From Bacteroidales bacterium (GTDB lineage Bacteria; Bacteroidota; Bacteroidia; Bacteroidales; JAUNSR01), in NCBI GenBank assembly GCA_036655355.1, contig JAVVQG010000008.1, forward strand, positions 30,404 to 94,403: DNA of 64,000 nucleotides, given 5' to 3'. Both the position numbers and the translations under genes were made by a program. Below are positions 8,555-18,562 of this stretch, piece by piece. Numbering within the stretch: the first letter of the stretch is position 1; each line of letters opens with the position of its first letter. A model generated the notes under the pieces. It was not told the DNA's origin, searched no databases, and saw only the letters and a program-made list of their open reading frames with translations.

Positions 8555-10018
8555 TTATTTTTTCCAGAATCCGGGTGTAAAGATGACCAATACGGTAAAG
8601 AGTTCCAGACGGCCAACCAACATCAGAAAAGAGAGGAACCATTTTGCGGCTCCCGGAAGAGAAGCAAAACTTCCTGCCGGACCGGTAATTCCTAAACCGG
8701 GTCCAACGTTACTGATGCATGTGAGGCTGGATCCGATAGCCGTATCGAACCCGATTCCCAAGGAGGTAAGGAAGAATACACTGCAAATAGTCAGAATAAG
8801 ATATACGAAAATAAATGCAAGCACTTTACTTACTAAGTCGAAAGAGATGACATGACGGTTAATCCGGACCGGAACGATCGCATTGGGATGAACCTGTCTA
8901 AAAAGTTCGTTCATGGTGTTTTTCAACAAAACCATGATACGGATAATCTTGATTCCGCCGCTGGTGGATCCGGCACAAGCACCCATCGCCATGATGATCA
9001 GGGTGATTACCCAGAAAATCGGTCCCCAAACCACATAGTCGGCATTGATACCGGCAAATCCCGTGGTAGTCAGAATCGTAATGGTCTGGAAAAGAGAGGT
9101 GCGGAAGGTTGATTCCAATCCGGTAGCCTGTCCGGTCATCCAAAACGCAATCATGAAGATGACGGTGAAAAGTCCCACGATCCACAAATACCATCTGAAC
9201 TCCTCGTCTTTTCCGAATTTATCTCCTTTACCGGTTAACAGAAAGTACACCAGGGTGAAGTTTGTTCCGGCGATAAACATGAAAAAGCACAATACGTATT
9301 CAATATAGGAAGAGCCCCAATAGGCGATACTGGCCTGGTGTGTGGAGTATCCTCCGGTAGCCATCGCCGTGAAAGAGTGGCAAATCGCATCAAACAGATT
9401 CATCGGTCCGAGCCATAACAACCCGGCGCAAACCATGGTGATCGCGAAATAGATCACCCACAGTCTTTTCGCCGTATTCTGGATACGGGGACGCAGTTTA
9501 TCGTGCGTCAAGCCCGGTACTTCGGCGTTGAAAAGCTGTATCCCACCCGAACTGAACATCGGCATCAGCGCCAACGTAAAAACGATGATTCCCATTCCCC
9601 CCAGCCATTGGATGATGCTTCGCCAGAAAAGAATTCCGTGCGATAGCGAATCGATATCCAACAGGATAGAGGCACCGGTGGTGGTAAATCCCGACATGGT
9701 TTCAAAGAAAGCGTCTGCCGCATTGGGAATCGCGCCGCTGATCATGAAGGGCAACATTCCGAATAGTGAGAAGATCACCCACGAAACGGCAACGATGAAG
9801 AATCCCTCCCGTTTTCCGATCTGGGTATCGAAGTCTTTTCCTTTATAGGCCAGAAAACCTCCGGCCCCTGCGGCAATGGCAGCGGAAAGAAGAAATGTCC
9901 AGACATCCTCCTCTTTATATAAGAGGGAGACTCCGCCGGAAAGGAGCATGAATATCGACTCTATAAGCAATAATATGCCGAAAATGCGCCCGATGAGGCG
10001 GAAATTAAGTTTTTTCAT
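8555..10018 (-). CDS. trkH: TrkH family potassium uptake protein
   Basis: 487-aa polytopic membrane protein with repeated selectivity-filter-like motifs (TTTGAS, ATGGYS, TTTGFA, SNVGPG). It is adjacent to trkA. Confidence 0.9.
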   Translation of the reverse strand: MKKLNFRLIGRIFGILLLIESIFMLLSGGVSLLYKEEDVWTFLLSAAIAAGAGGFLAYKGKDFDTQIGKREGFFIVAVSWVIFSLFGMLPFMISGAIPNAADAFFETMSGFTTTGASILLDIDSLSHGILFWRSIIQWLGGMGIIVFTLALMPMFSSGGIQLFNAEVPGLTHDKLRPRIQNTAKRLWVIYFAITMVCAGLLWLGPMNLFDAICHSFTAMATGGYSTHQASIAYWGSSYIEYVLCFFMFIAGTNFTLVYFLLTGKGDKFGKDEEFRWYLWIVGLFTVIFMIAFWMTGQATGLESTFRTSLFQTITILTTTGFAGINADYVVWGPIFWVITLIIMAMGACAGSTSGGIKIIRIMVLLKNTMNELFRQVHPNAIVPVRINRHVISFDLVSKVLAFIFVYLILTICSVFFLTSLGIGFDTAIGSSLTCISNVGPGLGITGPAGSFASLPGAAKWFLSFLMLVGRLELFTVLVIFTPGFWKK

Positions 10019-10030
10019 ATCCCCTCTGAA

Positions 10031-11362
10031 TCAATTGAATAGTTTTTCTATTTTGCGGATCGCCGTATCCAGGCAGAATACCAATACGTGATCATAAGGC
10101 ATGATCTGCGTATTTCCATTTACCATCATTCCCACGCCGTTTCGGATCAAACCGCCGATCGTAAGGTCTTTCGGCAGATTCAGATCGCGTACCGGAGCCT
10201 GCGTGATTTTTGAGCCCGGTTTGGCAATCAGTTCCGCTACCTCCGAATTCGACAGGGTGAGGCATTTCACGTTCGAAACGTCTGCCGCCAACAACAACTG
10301 GTAAATACGACTTGCCGCAATCAGTTTTTTATTGATGACGGAACCGATATTCAGGTTCTCGGCCATCGAAACGTAACTTAGGTTTTCTACTTCGGCGATG
10401 GTTTTGGCCACTCCGAAGTTCTTGGCGCTCAAACAAGCCAAAATATTTGTTTCAGAGCTGTCTGTCAGGGCGATAAATGCATCCACGTCGCTGATCCCCT
10501 CGTCTTTCAGAAGTTCCGGATCGCGACCGTCTCCAAGCACGATGTCCACCCCTTCCATCTTCTCCACCAGTTTCATCCCTTTGTTGCGATCGGCCTCGAT
10601 GATTTTCACATGCATTGATTCGGGAATATAGTCAGCCGTACGTACGGCGATGCGGCTACCTCCCATGATCATGATCTTTTTAATGTCCACCTCCTCTTTA
10701 CCGGCAAGGATACGGATATCCGCCACGTGGTCTTTGGTTGTGGTAAAGTAAACCAAGTCGTCGGCAAGAATCTTGTCATTTCCTTTCGGGATGATGATCG
10801 AGTCCTTTCTTTTGATGGCGGCGATGTGGTAAAACTCATTGCTACCCGACAATTCACTCAGGCGATGGTTGACGATCAGGGCATTCTCGCGAAGTTTGAC
10901 TCCCAGTAGAATCAACGCTCCGCCAAGCAGTTCAAACCACTGACGTACCCAGGTTTTCTTTAATGCGGTTACAATTTCCTGTGCGGCGAGCATCTCCGGG
11001 TAGATCAGTTCATCCACACCCAGCTTCTTGAAGAACTCCCGGTTTTCAGGCTGTAAATATTCGTAATTATCGATACGTGCCAGCGTTTTTGCGGCTCCCA
11101 GATTTGCAGCCAACATACATGCGTTGATGTTCTGACTCTCATACGGGGTTACGGCGATAAAGAGATCGGCATTTTTGACGCCGGCTTCTTTTAAATCCTT
11201 GATAGAAGTAGGAGAGCCTTCGATCGTCATTAAGTTATAAGTAGAGAGCGCTTCGAGTTTCTCTTCGTCAGAATCCATCAGAACGATGTCCTGATCCTCT
11301 CTTGAAAGTAATTTGGCAAGGTGAGTACCTACGGCACCCGCGCCGGCAATAATGATTCTCAT
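10031..11362 (-). CDS. trkA: Trk system potassium uptake protein TrkA (two RCK/NAD-binding repeats)
   Basis: 443 aa. It has MRIIIAGAGAVGTHLA and a second IMIMGGSRIAVRTA Rossmann motif, each followed by a TrkA_C-like region. Confidence 0.9.
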   Translation of the reverse strand: MRIIIAGAGAVGTHLAKLLSREDQDIVLMDSDEEKLEALSTYNLMTIEGSPTSIKDLKEAGVKNADLFIAVTPYESQNINACMLAANLGAAKTLARIDNYEYLQPENREFFKKLGVDELIYPEMLAAQEIVTALKKTWVRQWFELLGGALILLGVKLRENALIVNHRLSELSGSNEFYHIAAIKRKDSIIIPKGNDKILADDLVYFTTTKDHVADIRILAGKEEVDIKKIMIMGGSRIAVRTADYIPESMHVKIIEADRNKGMKLVEKMEGVDIVLGDGRDPELLKDEGISDVDAFIALTDSSETNILACLSAKNFGVAKTIAEVENLSYVSMAENLNIGSVINKKLIAASRIYQLLLAADVSNVKCLTLSNSEVAELIAKPGSKITQAPVRDLNLPKDLTIGGLIRNGVGMMVNGNTQIMPYDHVLVFCLDTAIRKIEKLFN

Positions 11363-11377
11363 TATGTATTTTATTGT

Positions 11378-13303
11378 TTACCAGTCATTACAAAGTTTCA
11401 GACAAATACTCTCTTGATCCATTCCGCACACTTTATGGAGTTCATTTACCGTACCGTGTTCGATGAAATGATCCGGAATACCGATGCGTTTGATTTTGGA
11501 GGAGTATCCGTTATCTGCCATAAATTCAAGTACGGCAGATCCGAATCCGCCTTTCAGCGAACCGTCTTCAAGGGTGACGATGCGATTGAATCGCTTCATG
11601 ACGTCGTGAAGCAGCTCTTCATCAAGGGGTTTGAGAAATATCATGTCGAAATGGGCGATCGAAAGTCCCGTTTTTTCCGCCTCTGCAATCGCTTTGGCTG
11701 CGGTATTGCCGATCGGTCCCAACGAAAGAACCGCGATATCGGTTCCCTCTTTCAGTTGTTGTCCTTTTCCAATCGTGATTTCCTGTAATTCGTTGCGCCA
11801 GTTCGGAAGTACTCCGCGACCGCGCGGGTAACGAATCATGAATGGACCCGTGGGATTCTGCTGCGCCGTAAACATCAGGTTTCTCAGCCAGTGTTCATTC
11901 AGCGGCGAGGCTATCGTCATGTTCGGGATCGTACGGAAATAGACCAAATCGAACACCCCGTGATGGGTTGCTCCGTCTTCGCCCACTAAACCGGCACGGT
12001 CCAGACAGAAAATTACCGGTAGATTCTGCAGCGCAACGTCGTGGATCACCTGATCGTAAGCACGTTGCATAAACGAAGAGTAGATGTTGCAGAACGGCAG
12101 CATCCCCTCTTTCGCCAACCCGCCCGAAAAGGTCACGGCGTGTTCTTCGGCGATTCCCACGTCGAAAGAGCGATTCGGGAACTCCTGCATCATGTAAGTC
12201 ATGGAACAACCCGTAGGCATCGCCGGAGTGATTCCCACGATCTTTTCATTCTTGCGAGCCAGTTCCACCAGTGTTTTGCCAAAGACATCCTGAAACAAAG
12301 GGGGTTGCCCTTCTGTAGAAAGCAGGATGCGTTCTCCGGTGAATTTGTTGAATTTACCGGGAGCATGCCAGATGGTAGCCGACTCTTCGGCCGGTTTGAA
12401 CCCTTTTCCCTTCACCGTACGCAGGTGCAGGATCTTTGGTCCGTTCATATCCTTGATGTGATCCAGTATCTTGACCAACGATTTGACATCGTGACCATCT
12501 ACCGGCCCGAAATAACGGATGTCGAGTCCCTCAAAGATGTTGTGCTGGCGTGTGATCAGCGATTTCAAGCTGTTGTTGAACCGCAGAATCGCGCCTTTCA
12601 TGTCATCTGTAATGAGATTCGCTTTCCGGAAGGCCCGGTACATGTCGTAACGGATCTTATTGTATTGTTTCGAAGTGGTGATGTTTACCAAATATTGGTT
12701 TAATCCCCCTACGTTGTGGTCTATGGCCATGTTGTTATCGTTGAGGATAATCAACAGGTTGTTGGGGTGAGAAGAGGCGTTGTTCAATCCCTCGAAAGCA
12801 AGACCGCCGGACATAGCGGCGTCTCCGATCACGGCAATCACGTGACGGTTCTTCTCATCTTTGTTCAGGGTACTGGCAATCGCCATCCCTAAAGCTGCGG
12901 AAATAGAGTTGGAGGCATGCCCCGCGGCGAAAGTGTCGTATTCACTCTCGGCAGGGTTCGGGAATCCGCTTAATCCTTTGAACTTGCGGTTGGTGTGGAA
13001 TTTTTCGCGACGACCCGTCAGGATCTTATGTGCGTAGGCCTGATGCCCCACATCCCAAACGATGCGGTCTTCAGGTGTATTGAAAACATAATGCAATGCA
13101 ACGGTCAGCTCTACCACTCCCAGACTCGACGCAAAATGCCCCGGGTTGGAAGATAACTCATCAATAATGAACCGGCGTAACTCTTCGCAAACCAGTTCAA
13201 GCTTATCTGTCGGCAATTTGCGAAGATCCGACGGATAAACAATCTTGGATAATATATCGGTTTGATTCTTTTCAGTCATATAAGACGTAAATGATTTACG
13301 CAA
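11378..13303 (-). CDS. dxs: 1-deoxy-D-xylulose-5-phosphate synthase
   Basis: 641 aa with [20 protein letters not shown], the ThDP motif [16 protein letters not shown] and a transketolase-like C-terminus. The start may instead be the ATG at 13279 (MTEKNQ...). Confidence 0.95.
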   Translation of the reverse strand: MRKSFTSYMTEKNQTDILSKIVYPSDLRKLPTDKLELVCEELRRFIIDELSSNPGHFASSLGVVELTVALHYVFNTPEDRIVWDVGHQAYAHKILTGRREKFHTNRKFKGLSGFPNPAESEYDTFAAGHASNSISAALGMAIASTLNKDEKNRHVIAVIGDAAMSGGLAFEGLNNASSHPNNLLIILNDNNMAIDHNVGGLNQYLVNITTSKQYNKIRYDMYRAFRKANLITDDMKGAILRFNNSLKSLITRQHNIFEGLDIRYFGPVDGHDVKSLVKILDHIKDMNGPKILHLRTVKGKGFKPAEESATIWHAPGKFNKFTGERILLSTEGQPPLFQDVFGKTLVELARKNEKIVGITPAMPTGCSMTYMMQEFPNRSFDVGIAEEHAVTFSGGLAKEGMLPFCNIYSSFMQRAYDQVIHDVALQNLPVIFCLDRAGLVGEDGATHHGVFDLVYFRTIPNMTIASPLNEHWLRNLMFTAQQNPTGPFMIRYPRGRGVLPNWRNELQEITIGKGQQLKEGTDIAVLSLGPIGNTAAKAIAEAEKTGLSIAHFDMIFLKPLDEELLHDVMKRFNRIVTLEDGSLKGGFGSAVLEFMADNGYSSKIKRIGIPDHFIEHGTVNELHKVCGMDQESICLKLCNDW

Positions 13304-13353
13304 AATTACTCATTTCGGAACACCACAGGAAATCCCTAGGACAGTTTTCCCGT

Positions 13354-13530
13354 TTACTTTACCTTTTTTCGGAAATGTTTCCAGATAGGGATGAAAACGA
13401 AGGCGGCCGAGAAAAAAAGATACAAAGCAAGTTTCGCTGTAAATTCTTCCGTTTCGGTTATGACCACGTAACATAAAAATCCCCATAAGAGGATTATACA
13501 GCTGATGTTGAAGTTATTTAATTTTCTCAT
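13354..13530 (-). CDS. possible small two-TM membrane protein (58 aa, below the ORF-track cutoff)
   Basis: A hand translation of the minus strand gives MRKLNNFNISCIILLWGFLCYVVITETEEFTAKLALYLFFSAAFVFIPIWKHFRKKVK*. It has two hydrophobic helices and a basic tail, and lies in the dxs-tyrA gap. There is no homology evidence. Confidence 0.3.
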   Translation of the reverse strand: MRKLNNFNISCIILLWGFLCYVVITETEEFTAKLALYLFFSAAFVFIPIWKHFRKKVK

Positions 13531-13658
13531 AAAAACAAATTTGTCTTTATCGCGGAATCGTAATTCTACAATAAAGACAAATATATATATAAAAAAGGGA
13601 AAATGTAAATATATACCGAATAAGGTGGTCGATTCGTCGGTTGGGGGACGAATTCCGA

Positions 13659-14438
13659 TTAGACGCTTTTTATATTCTCGCGTGCCGTGACAAGGTATTG
13701 CTTGAGTGCGTCCGCATCTTTGTTACGGATGATTTGAAGCAGTTGCTCCATTTGTACGCAGATCTTTTCAACTTGCTCCGGTGTATGGGGGTTGAAGAGA
13801 ATCTCACTCAGCAGGTAATCATCTTCCGAAAGAAGTCCCTGTGCGATAGCCATGTGTTTCTTGAAAGTTGTTCCGGGCGCATTCTGCGGCTTCATCACAC
13901 CGGTAAAAACCAAGGTGGATACAAACGGGATAGAGAGCGAGTAGGCGATCGTTTCATCGTGTTCTTTGAAACTGTATTCGAAGATGTTCAGTCGCAAGCT
14001 CTGATAAAGGTCCTTGAAGAACACTTTGCCCAAGTGATCCGATTCGGAAATGATGATGGTGAACTGAGTCGACAGATCGCTTAGATTGGCGAACGTCGGC
14101 CCGAACATCGGATGTGTCGAAACAAACGGATGTGCCGCACGGGCATAGAATTCCGGTAATCCGGTTTTTACCGAAGCGATATCCGATAGGATGCATTGCG
14201 CACTCAGGTAGGGTAGTACCAGGTTGAATGCATCGATCGTATATTTTACAGTCGCCGCGTTGATCACCAATTCGGGATTAAACGCGCGGATCTCTTCGGG
14301 ATCGGTCATCCGGATGGTATTAAACACAAAACGCAACTTGTGCGGATCGGTATCGAAAAGAGCTACCTCGTGCTGCATGCACAGCACGTCGGTAAAGAAG
14401 GTGCCCATTTTTCCGGCACCCAGGATCAGGATTCTCAT
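13659..14438 (-). CDS. tyrA: prephenate dehydrogenase
   Basis: 259 aa with the MRILILGAGKMG Rossmann motif and SVKT...HPMFGP motifs. It sits in the aromatic operon. Confidence 0.85.
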   Translation of the reverse strand: MRILILGAGKMGTFFTDVLCMQHEVALFDTDPHKLRFVFNTIRMTDPEEIRAFNPELVINAATVKYTIDAFNLVLPYLSAQCILSDIASVKTGLPEFYARAAHPFVSTHPMFGPTFANLSDLSTQFTIIISESDHLGKVFFKDLYQSLRLNIFEYSFKEHDETIAYSLSIPFVSTLVFTGVMKPQNAPGTTFKKHMAIAQGLLSEDDYLLSEILFNPHTPEQVEKICVQMEQLLQIIRNKDADALKQYLVTARENIKSV

Positions 14439-14441
14439 AAT

Positions 14442-15509
14442 TTACTTGTTGATTAGCTCGATCTGTTTGCGAACCGATTCTTCGTGAATCGCCTCGAGCA
14501 CCGTCATGATGAAATCTTCAGACATACCCATCTCCACGCCTTGATTGACACGGCGCGTAAGGATGTCGTCATAGCGTCCGGTCTGCAGTACCGGCATGTT
14601 GTTCTCTTTTTTGTATTGTGCGATTTCTCCCGAAACACGCATACGTTTCGCCAAAAGCTCCAGCAACTGATCGTCAAGATCATCAATCTGACGGCGTAGT
14701 GAGGAGAGGCTTTCAGTATTCTGAGTGGTGTTACGGATCACCAATGCGTTGAGGATCACTTCGAGCGTAGCCGGCGTAACCTGCTGCTCTTTGTCACTCC
14801 ATGCGCAATCGGGGTTGCAATGAGACTCGATGATCAAGCCGTCGAACCCAAGGTCCATCGCCTGTTGAGAGATCGGAGCGATTAATTCGCGTTTTCCCCC
14901 GATGTGGCTCGGATCGCACAGGATAGGCAATTCAGGCAGACGGCGGCGCAATTCGATCGGAATGTGCCAAGCCGGCTGGTTGCGGTAAATCTTTTTATCG
15001 TAGGTGCTGAACCCGCGATGAATCGCCCCGATGCGGCGAATCCCCGCATTGTAGATTCGTTCGATTCCGCCGATCCACAGTTCGATGTCCGGGTTTACCG
15101 GGTTTTTGATCAATACCGGCAGATCCACCCCTTTCAGCGCATCGGCGATCTCTTGCATCGCGAATGGGTTGGCTGAGGTACGGGCTCCGATCCAGAGCAT
15201 ATCCACTCCGTGTTTCAGTGCTTCGAAAACGTGTCTTTCTGTAGCCACTTCAACAGCGGTGTACATCCCTGTTTCCTCTTTCACTCTTTTCAGCCACGGT
15301 AATCCGATCACGCCTACGCCTTCGAAGCCTCCCGGTTTGGTGCGGGGTTTCCAGATTCCCGCGCGGAAGATTTTCACACCGGCCTTCGCCAGTTCGTGAG
15401 CTGTCTGTAATACCTGTTCCTCGCTTTCGGCGCTGCATGGGCCGGAGATTACCAACGGACGTTTGTTGTCCATTCCCGGTAATAATATAGATTCGAATTT
15501 CATGTTCAT
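14442..15509 (-). CDS. bifunctional 3-deoxy-7-phosphoheptulonate (DAHP) synthase / chorismate mutase
   Basis: 355 aa. The N-terminal type I-beta DAHPS/KDO8PS-like barrel shows GPCSAES, KPRTKPGGFEG and CDPSHIGG. The C-terminal AroQ chorismate mutase shows LRRQIDDLDDQLLELLAKRMRVS... Confidence 0.9.
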   Translation of the reverse strand: MNMKFESILLPGMDNKRPLVISGPCSAESEEQVLQTAHELAKAGVKIFRAGIWKPRTKPGGFEGVGVIGLPWLKRVKEETGMYTAVEVATERHVFEALKHGVDMLWIGARTSANPFAMQEIADALKGVDLPVLIKNPVNPDIELWIGGIERIYNAGIRRIGAIHRGFSTYDKKIYRNQPAWHIPIELRRRLPELPILCDPSHIGGKRELIAPISQQAMDLGFDGLIIESHCNPDCAWSDKEQQVTPATLEVILNALVIRNTTQNTESLSSLRRQIDDLDDQLLELLAKRMRVSGEIAQYKKENNMPVLQTGRYDDILTRRVNQGVEMGMSEDFIMTVLEAIHEESVRKQIELINK

Positions 15510-15519
15510 GTTGATGTGT

Positions 15520-16704
15520 TTATTGGATTATATTCTCAATTCGTTTATAAGCTTCATTTAGTTTCTCTTCGGAAGCGCAAAGGGAAAGGCGAATAAATCG
15601 CGTTCCGTTTTGGCCAAAGATAGTGCCGGGCGTGATAAAAACCCGAGCCTGATGTAAAATCTGTTCTGTTAATTCTTCTGCATCCGCATATTTCTCGGGG
15701 ATGCGTCCCCACAGGAACATACCGGTTTGCGCCGCATCGTATTCGCAGTTCAGCAGTTGCATGATCCGCTCCGCAACACCTCTTCGCTCTCGGTAGATGG
15801 TGTTGTTGGCTGCGTGCCATTCGGGGGTGTTTTTCAACGCTTCGATGGCTGCCATCTGCAACGGACGGTAAACGCCCGAATCGATGTTGCTCTTTACACG
15901 CAGGATCCATTGGATAAAGTCGGCATTCGAACAAGCCACGCCCATTCGCCAACCGGGCATGTTGTGCGATTTACTCATCGAATTGAGTTCGATGCAAATC
16001 TCTTTCGCACCTGCAACGCTAAGGATGCTGAGTGGTTTGTCGTTCAGAATGAAGCTGTACGGATTGTCATTCACAATCACGATGTTGTGTTTCTTTCCGA
16101 AAGCAACGAGTTTTTCGAACAGTTCGGGAGTGGCATTTTTGCCCGTCGGCATGTGGGGATAGTTCACCCACATCAGTTTCACGCCGCTGAGGTCGCTCTT
16201 CTCTAACGCCTCAAAGTCGGGCATCCAATCGTTCTCGTGTTTCAGGTCGTATTTGATTACCTGAGCATCGGCCAGGGTGCTCACCGAAGAGTAAGTTGGA
16301 TATCCCGGATCGGGAACCAGCACCTTATCGCCCGGATTAACGAAAGCGAGTGTGATGTGAAGAATACCCTCTTTCGAACCGATCAACGGTTGGATCTCCG
16401 TAGCCGGATCGAGAGAAACGTCGTACCAACGGTCGTACCATTCGGCGAATGCCTTGCGGAAGGCCGGAATGCCCACGTAAGGCTGGTAGCCGTTCGCATC
16501 CGGTTTTACGCTGTCAATCTGCAAGCCGGAGATTGTATTTTCAGAAGGAGAAAGGTCGGGACTGCCAACACCCAGACTGATCACATCCAGTCCTCGGGCG
16601 TTCATTTGAGCGATTTCTTTCAGTTTTCGGGAGAAGTAGTACTCCTTTACCTGTGAAACGCGTTCGGCCGGGCAGATCGCGCTTTTATGGATTTGATTCT
16701 TCAT
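15520..16704 (-). CDS. PLP-dependent aminotransferase (class I; likely aromatic/prephenate aminotransferase)
   Basis: 394 aa with the NSMSKSHNMPGWRMG PLP-lysine motif and NYPHMPTG. It overlaps the pheA 3' end by 20 nt. Confidence 0.85.
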   Translation of the reverse strand: MKNQIHKSAICPAERVSQVKEYYFSRKLKEIAQMNARGLDVISLGVGSPDLSPSENTISGLQIDSVKPDANGYQPYVGIPAFRKAFAEWYDRWYDVSLDPATEIQPLIGSKEGILHITLAFVNPGDKVLVPDPGYPTYSSVSTLADAQVIKYDLKHENDWMPDFEALEKSDLSGVKLMWVNYPHMPTGKNATPELFEKLVAFGKKHNIVIVNDNPYSFILNDKPLSILSVAGAKEICIELNSMSKSHNMPGWRMGVACSNADFIQWILRVKSNIDSGVYRPLQMAAIEALKNTPEWHAANNTIYRERRGVAERIMQLLNCEYDAAQTGMFLWGRIPEKYADAEELTEQILHQARVFITPGTIFGQNGTRFIRLSLCASEEKLNEAYKRIENIIQ

Positions 16705-17521
16705 ATTCGCCTAATATTTTAAAGTCTTTCGTAAAGGGAATAATTGCTTCGAGCGCTTGTTTATATCTCAGGTAATCGTTGAATGTAAGGTCCACGTAAA
16801 AGCGGTATTCCCACTCCCGTCCCAGGATCGGCATCGATTGTATTTTAGTCAGGTTGATATCGTAAAAAGAAAGAATCGTAAGCACTTTGGAGAGCGAGCC
16901 GTGTGTATGCGGCACGCAGAAGACGATGGACGATTTGTCTACGTTTTCTTTTCGTACCAATTCATCGGCGATCCATTGATCCGCCAGAATCAGGAAACGG
17001 GTGAAGTTGCGTTTATTCGTCTCAATGGCTCTTTCCAGGATTTCCAGTCCGTAAATCCCGGCGGCATATTCACTGCAGATGGCGGCATGTCCGGTTAGTT
17101 TCCTTTCGCTGATCTCTTGCGCACTGCTTGCCGTGTCTCCTTTCTCAACCACTTTTACCCCGTGTTGTTTCTCAAGGTATTCGGTACATTGCATCAAGGC
17201 GATCGGATGAGAATTCACTTCGCGTATTTCGCGCAGGGTTTGTCCCGGTAAAGCGCAAAGGGTATGGGAGATGTGGAGCTTGTGTTCCCCGATAATCTTC
17301 ATGTCGCTTTGGCGAAGCAGTTCGTGATTCTGGAGCAGGCTTCCGGCAATGGTGTTTTCAATCGCCATTACGCCTAAGAGAGAACGGTCGGCGTCAAACC
17401 TGGTGAACATTTCCGGGAAAGAGAGACAAGGTACCACCTCGATCTCTTGGGGTTGGAAATATTGTTTGGCAGCCATTTCGTGGTAACATCCTGAGATGCC
17501 CTGGATTGCAACTTTTGTCAT
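16685..17521 (-). CDS. pheA: prephenate dehydratase
   Basis: 278 aa with a PDT domain (AIENTIAGSL, TRFLIL) and a C-terminal ACT domain (GSLSKVLTILS..., ESNP-type end). Confidence 0.9.
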   Translation of the reverse strand: MTKVAIQGISGCYHEMAAKQYFQPQEIEVVPCLSFPEMFTRFDADRSLLGVMAIENTIAGSLLQNHELLRQSDMKIIGEHKLHISHTLCALPGQTLREIREVNSHPIALMQCTEYLEKQHGVKVVEKGDTASSAQEISERKLTGHAAICSEYAAGIYGLEILERAIETNKRNFTRFLILADQWIADELVRKENVDKSSIVFCVPHTHGSLSKVLTILSFYDINLTKIQSMPILGREWEYRFYVDLTFNDYLRYKQALEAIIPFTKDFKILGEYEESNP

Positions 17522-17533
17522 AGTATTTTGAGA

Positions 17534-17569
17534 TAAAAAAAGGGTCCCGCCATTTCAGTGACGGGACCC
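17534..17569 (-). terminator. attenuator terminator 13 nt upstream of the pheA ATG
   Basis: The minus strand reads GGGTCCCGTCA-CTGAAA-TGGCGGGACCC, an 11-bp stem with one G-U pair. Seven T residues follow (17541-17535). Confidence 0.8.
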
Positions 17570-17607
17570 TTCGGTATTTTGTTATGCTTTTATATACTCA
17601 CATACAT

Positions 17608-17691
17608 TTATATATACAGCCTCCCGCCACTACTTATCTGATAAAAGTAGAAGTAATAAAATCGGAAGTATGTAAAGAATGTATTGAACAT
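17608..17691 (-). CDS. putative Phe/Tyr-rich leader peptide of the aromatic amino-acid operon (27 codons, not in ORF track)
   Basis: Minus-strand ATG at 17691, TAA at 17610-17608, peptide MFNTFFTYFRFYYFYFYQISSGGRLYI. Codons 2-17 contain 7 Phe and 5 Tyr. The 3' end carries the antiterminator segment AGTGGCGGGA. Confidence 0.7.
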   Translation of the reverse strand: MFNTFFTYFRFYYFYFYQISSGGRLYI

Positions 17692-17718
17692 AGTGCTTGT
17701 TTTTTCCTTTGTACGCTA

Positions 17719-17726
17719 CAAATGTA
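17719..17726 (-). promoter_or_regulatory. Bacteroidetes-type -7 promoter box (TAnnTTTG) for the leader/pheA operon
   Basis: The minus strand reads TACATTTG 28 nt upstream of the leader ATG. A TTTG lies 19 nt further upstream as a possible -33 element. Confidence 0.55.
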
Positions 17727-17959
17727 GGAACGTAATTTTAATAAACAAATTTTTCAAAAAGTTTTTTTGTTATTTATTTTACTGATTAGCTGACTTATTG
17801 TTATTGAAAACAAGGGAGCGCTGACTTTTGTTGAGTTCTCTTTTGTTATAAAAAGGTTATAAATATACTCGGAAGGTCCAATATTTAGTCGTTTCAGAAT
17901 TAACGTTTCTATTTTTTACTATCTTTGAATAATATATCATTTACGACCAGTCAAAGAAA

Positions 17960-18415
17960 ATGAGTGAATTTGTAACATCTCCGGATAATCATGTAAAAGG
18001 TGTTTTTCTGGAAGCGATCGGGAAAGTAAAGAATAATGAGTTACTCTCATTATCAGATTTATACGTAGGCGTCAGTTTTGATGATCTGGCACTTACAGTT
18101 TATGATGACGAGGAAGCGTTGCTTGCCCAGGCCAACATCGATGAGTGGGCGGACTTTAAAGAGGATCCCGATACGTTTCAAGAGCGTGTGACGGAAGTGT
18201 TGAAGAAAACACTTCACGAGAAGGATCTTAAAGATGCAATTGAGGCGCTCGATGTGATTCGTCCGTTTTCAGTTGTGTTGGTTGATGAAGATTTTGAACA
18301 AAAGGAGGAGCTCTTCAGACTAGATGACAATCTGGTGGTTATTGAAGATGATTTTCTAAAAAATATTGATCAGGAACTGGATGACTTCCTTAAGAATCTT
18401 TTAGCGGATGTATAA
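17960..18415 (+). CDS. acidic hypothetical protein
   Basis: 151-aa ORF with a clean reading frame, very rich in D/E (…DEDFEQKEELFRLDDNLVVIEDDFLKNIDQELDDFLKNLL). No motif was recognised. Confidence 0.55.
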   Translation: MSEFVTSPDNHVKGVFLEAIGKVKNNELLSLSDLYVGVSFDDLALTVYDDEEALLAQANIDEWADFKEDPDTFQERVTEVLKKTLHEKDLKDAIEALDVIRPFSVVLVDEDFEQKEELFRLDDNLVVIEDDFLKNIDQELDDFLKNLLADV

Positions 18416-18562
18416 GGAGTTGTTTGAGATGGCTTGAAGACATTTTGAAAAAACTATGAAGGAGGATGTACCGGCGAGGTATATCCTCCTTTTGACATAA
18501 ACGATACCGGGGTCTCCTTGGTAATGAGGCGAGCGATTGATTATCAAATAACATATAGATAT

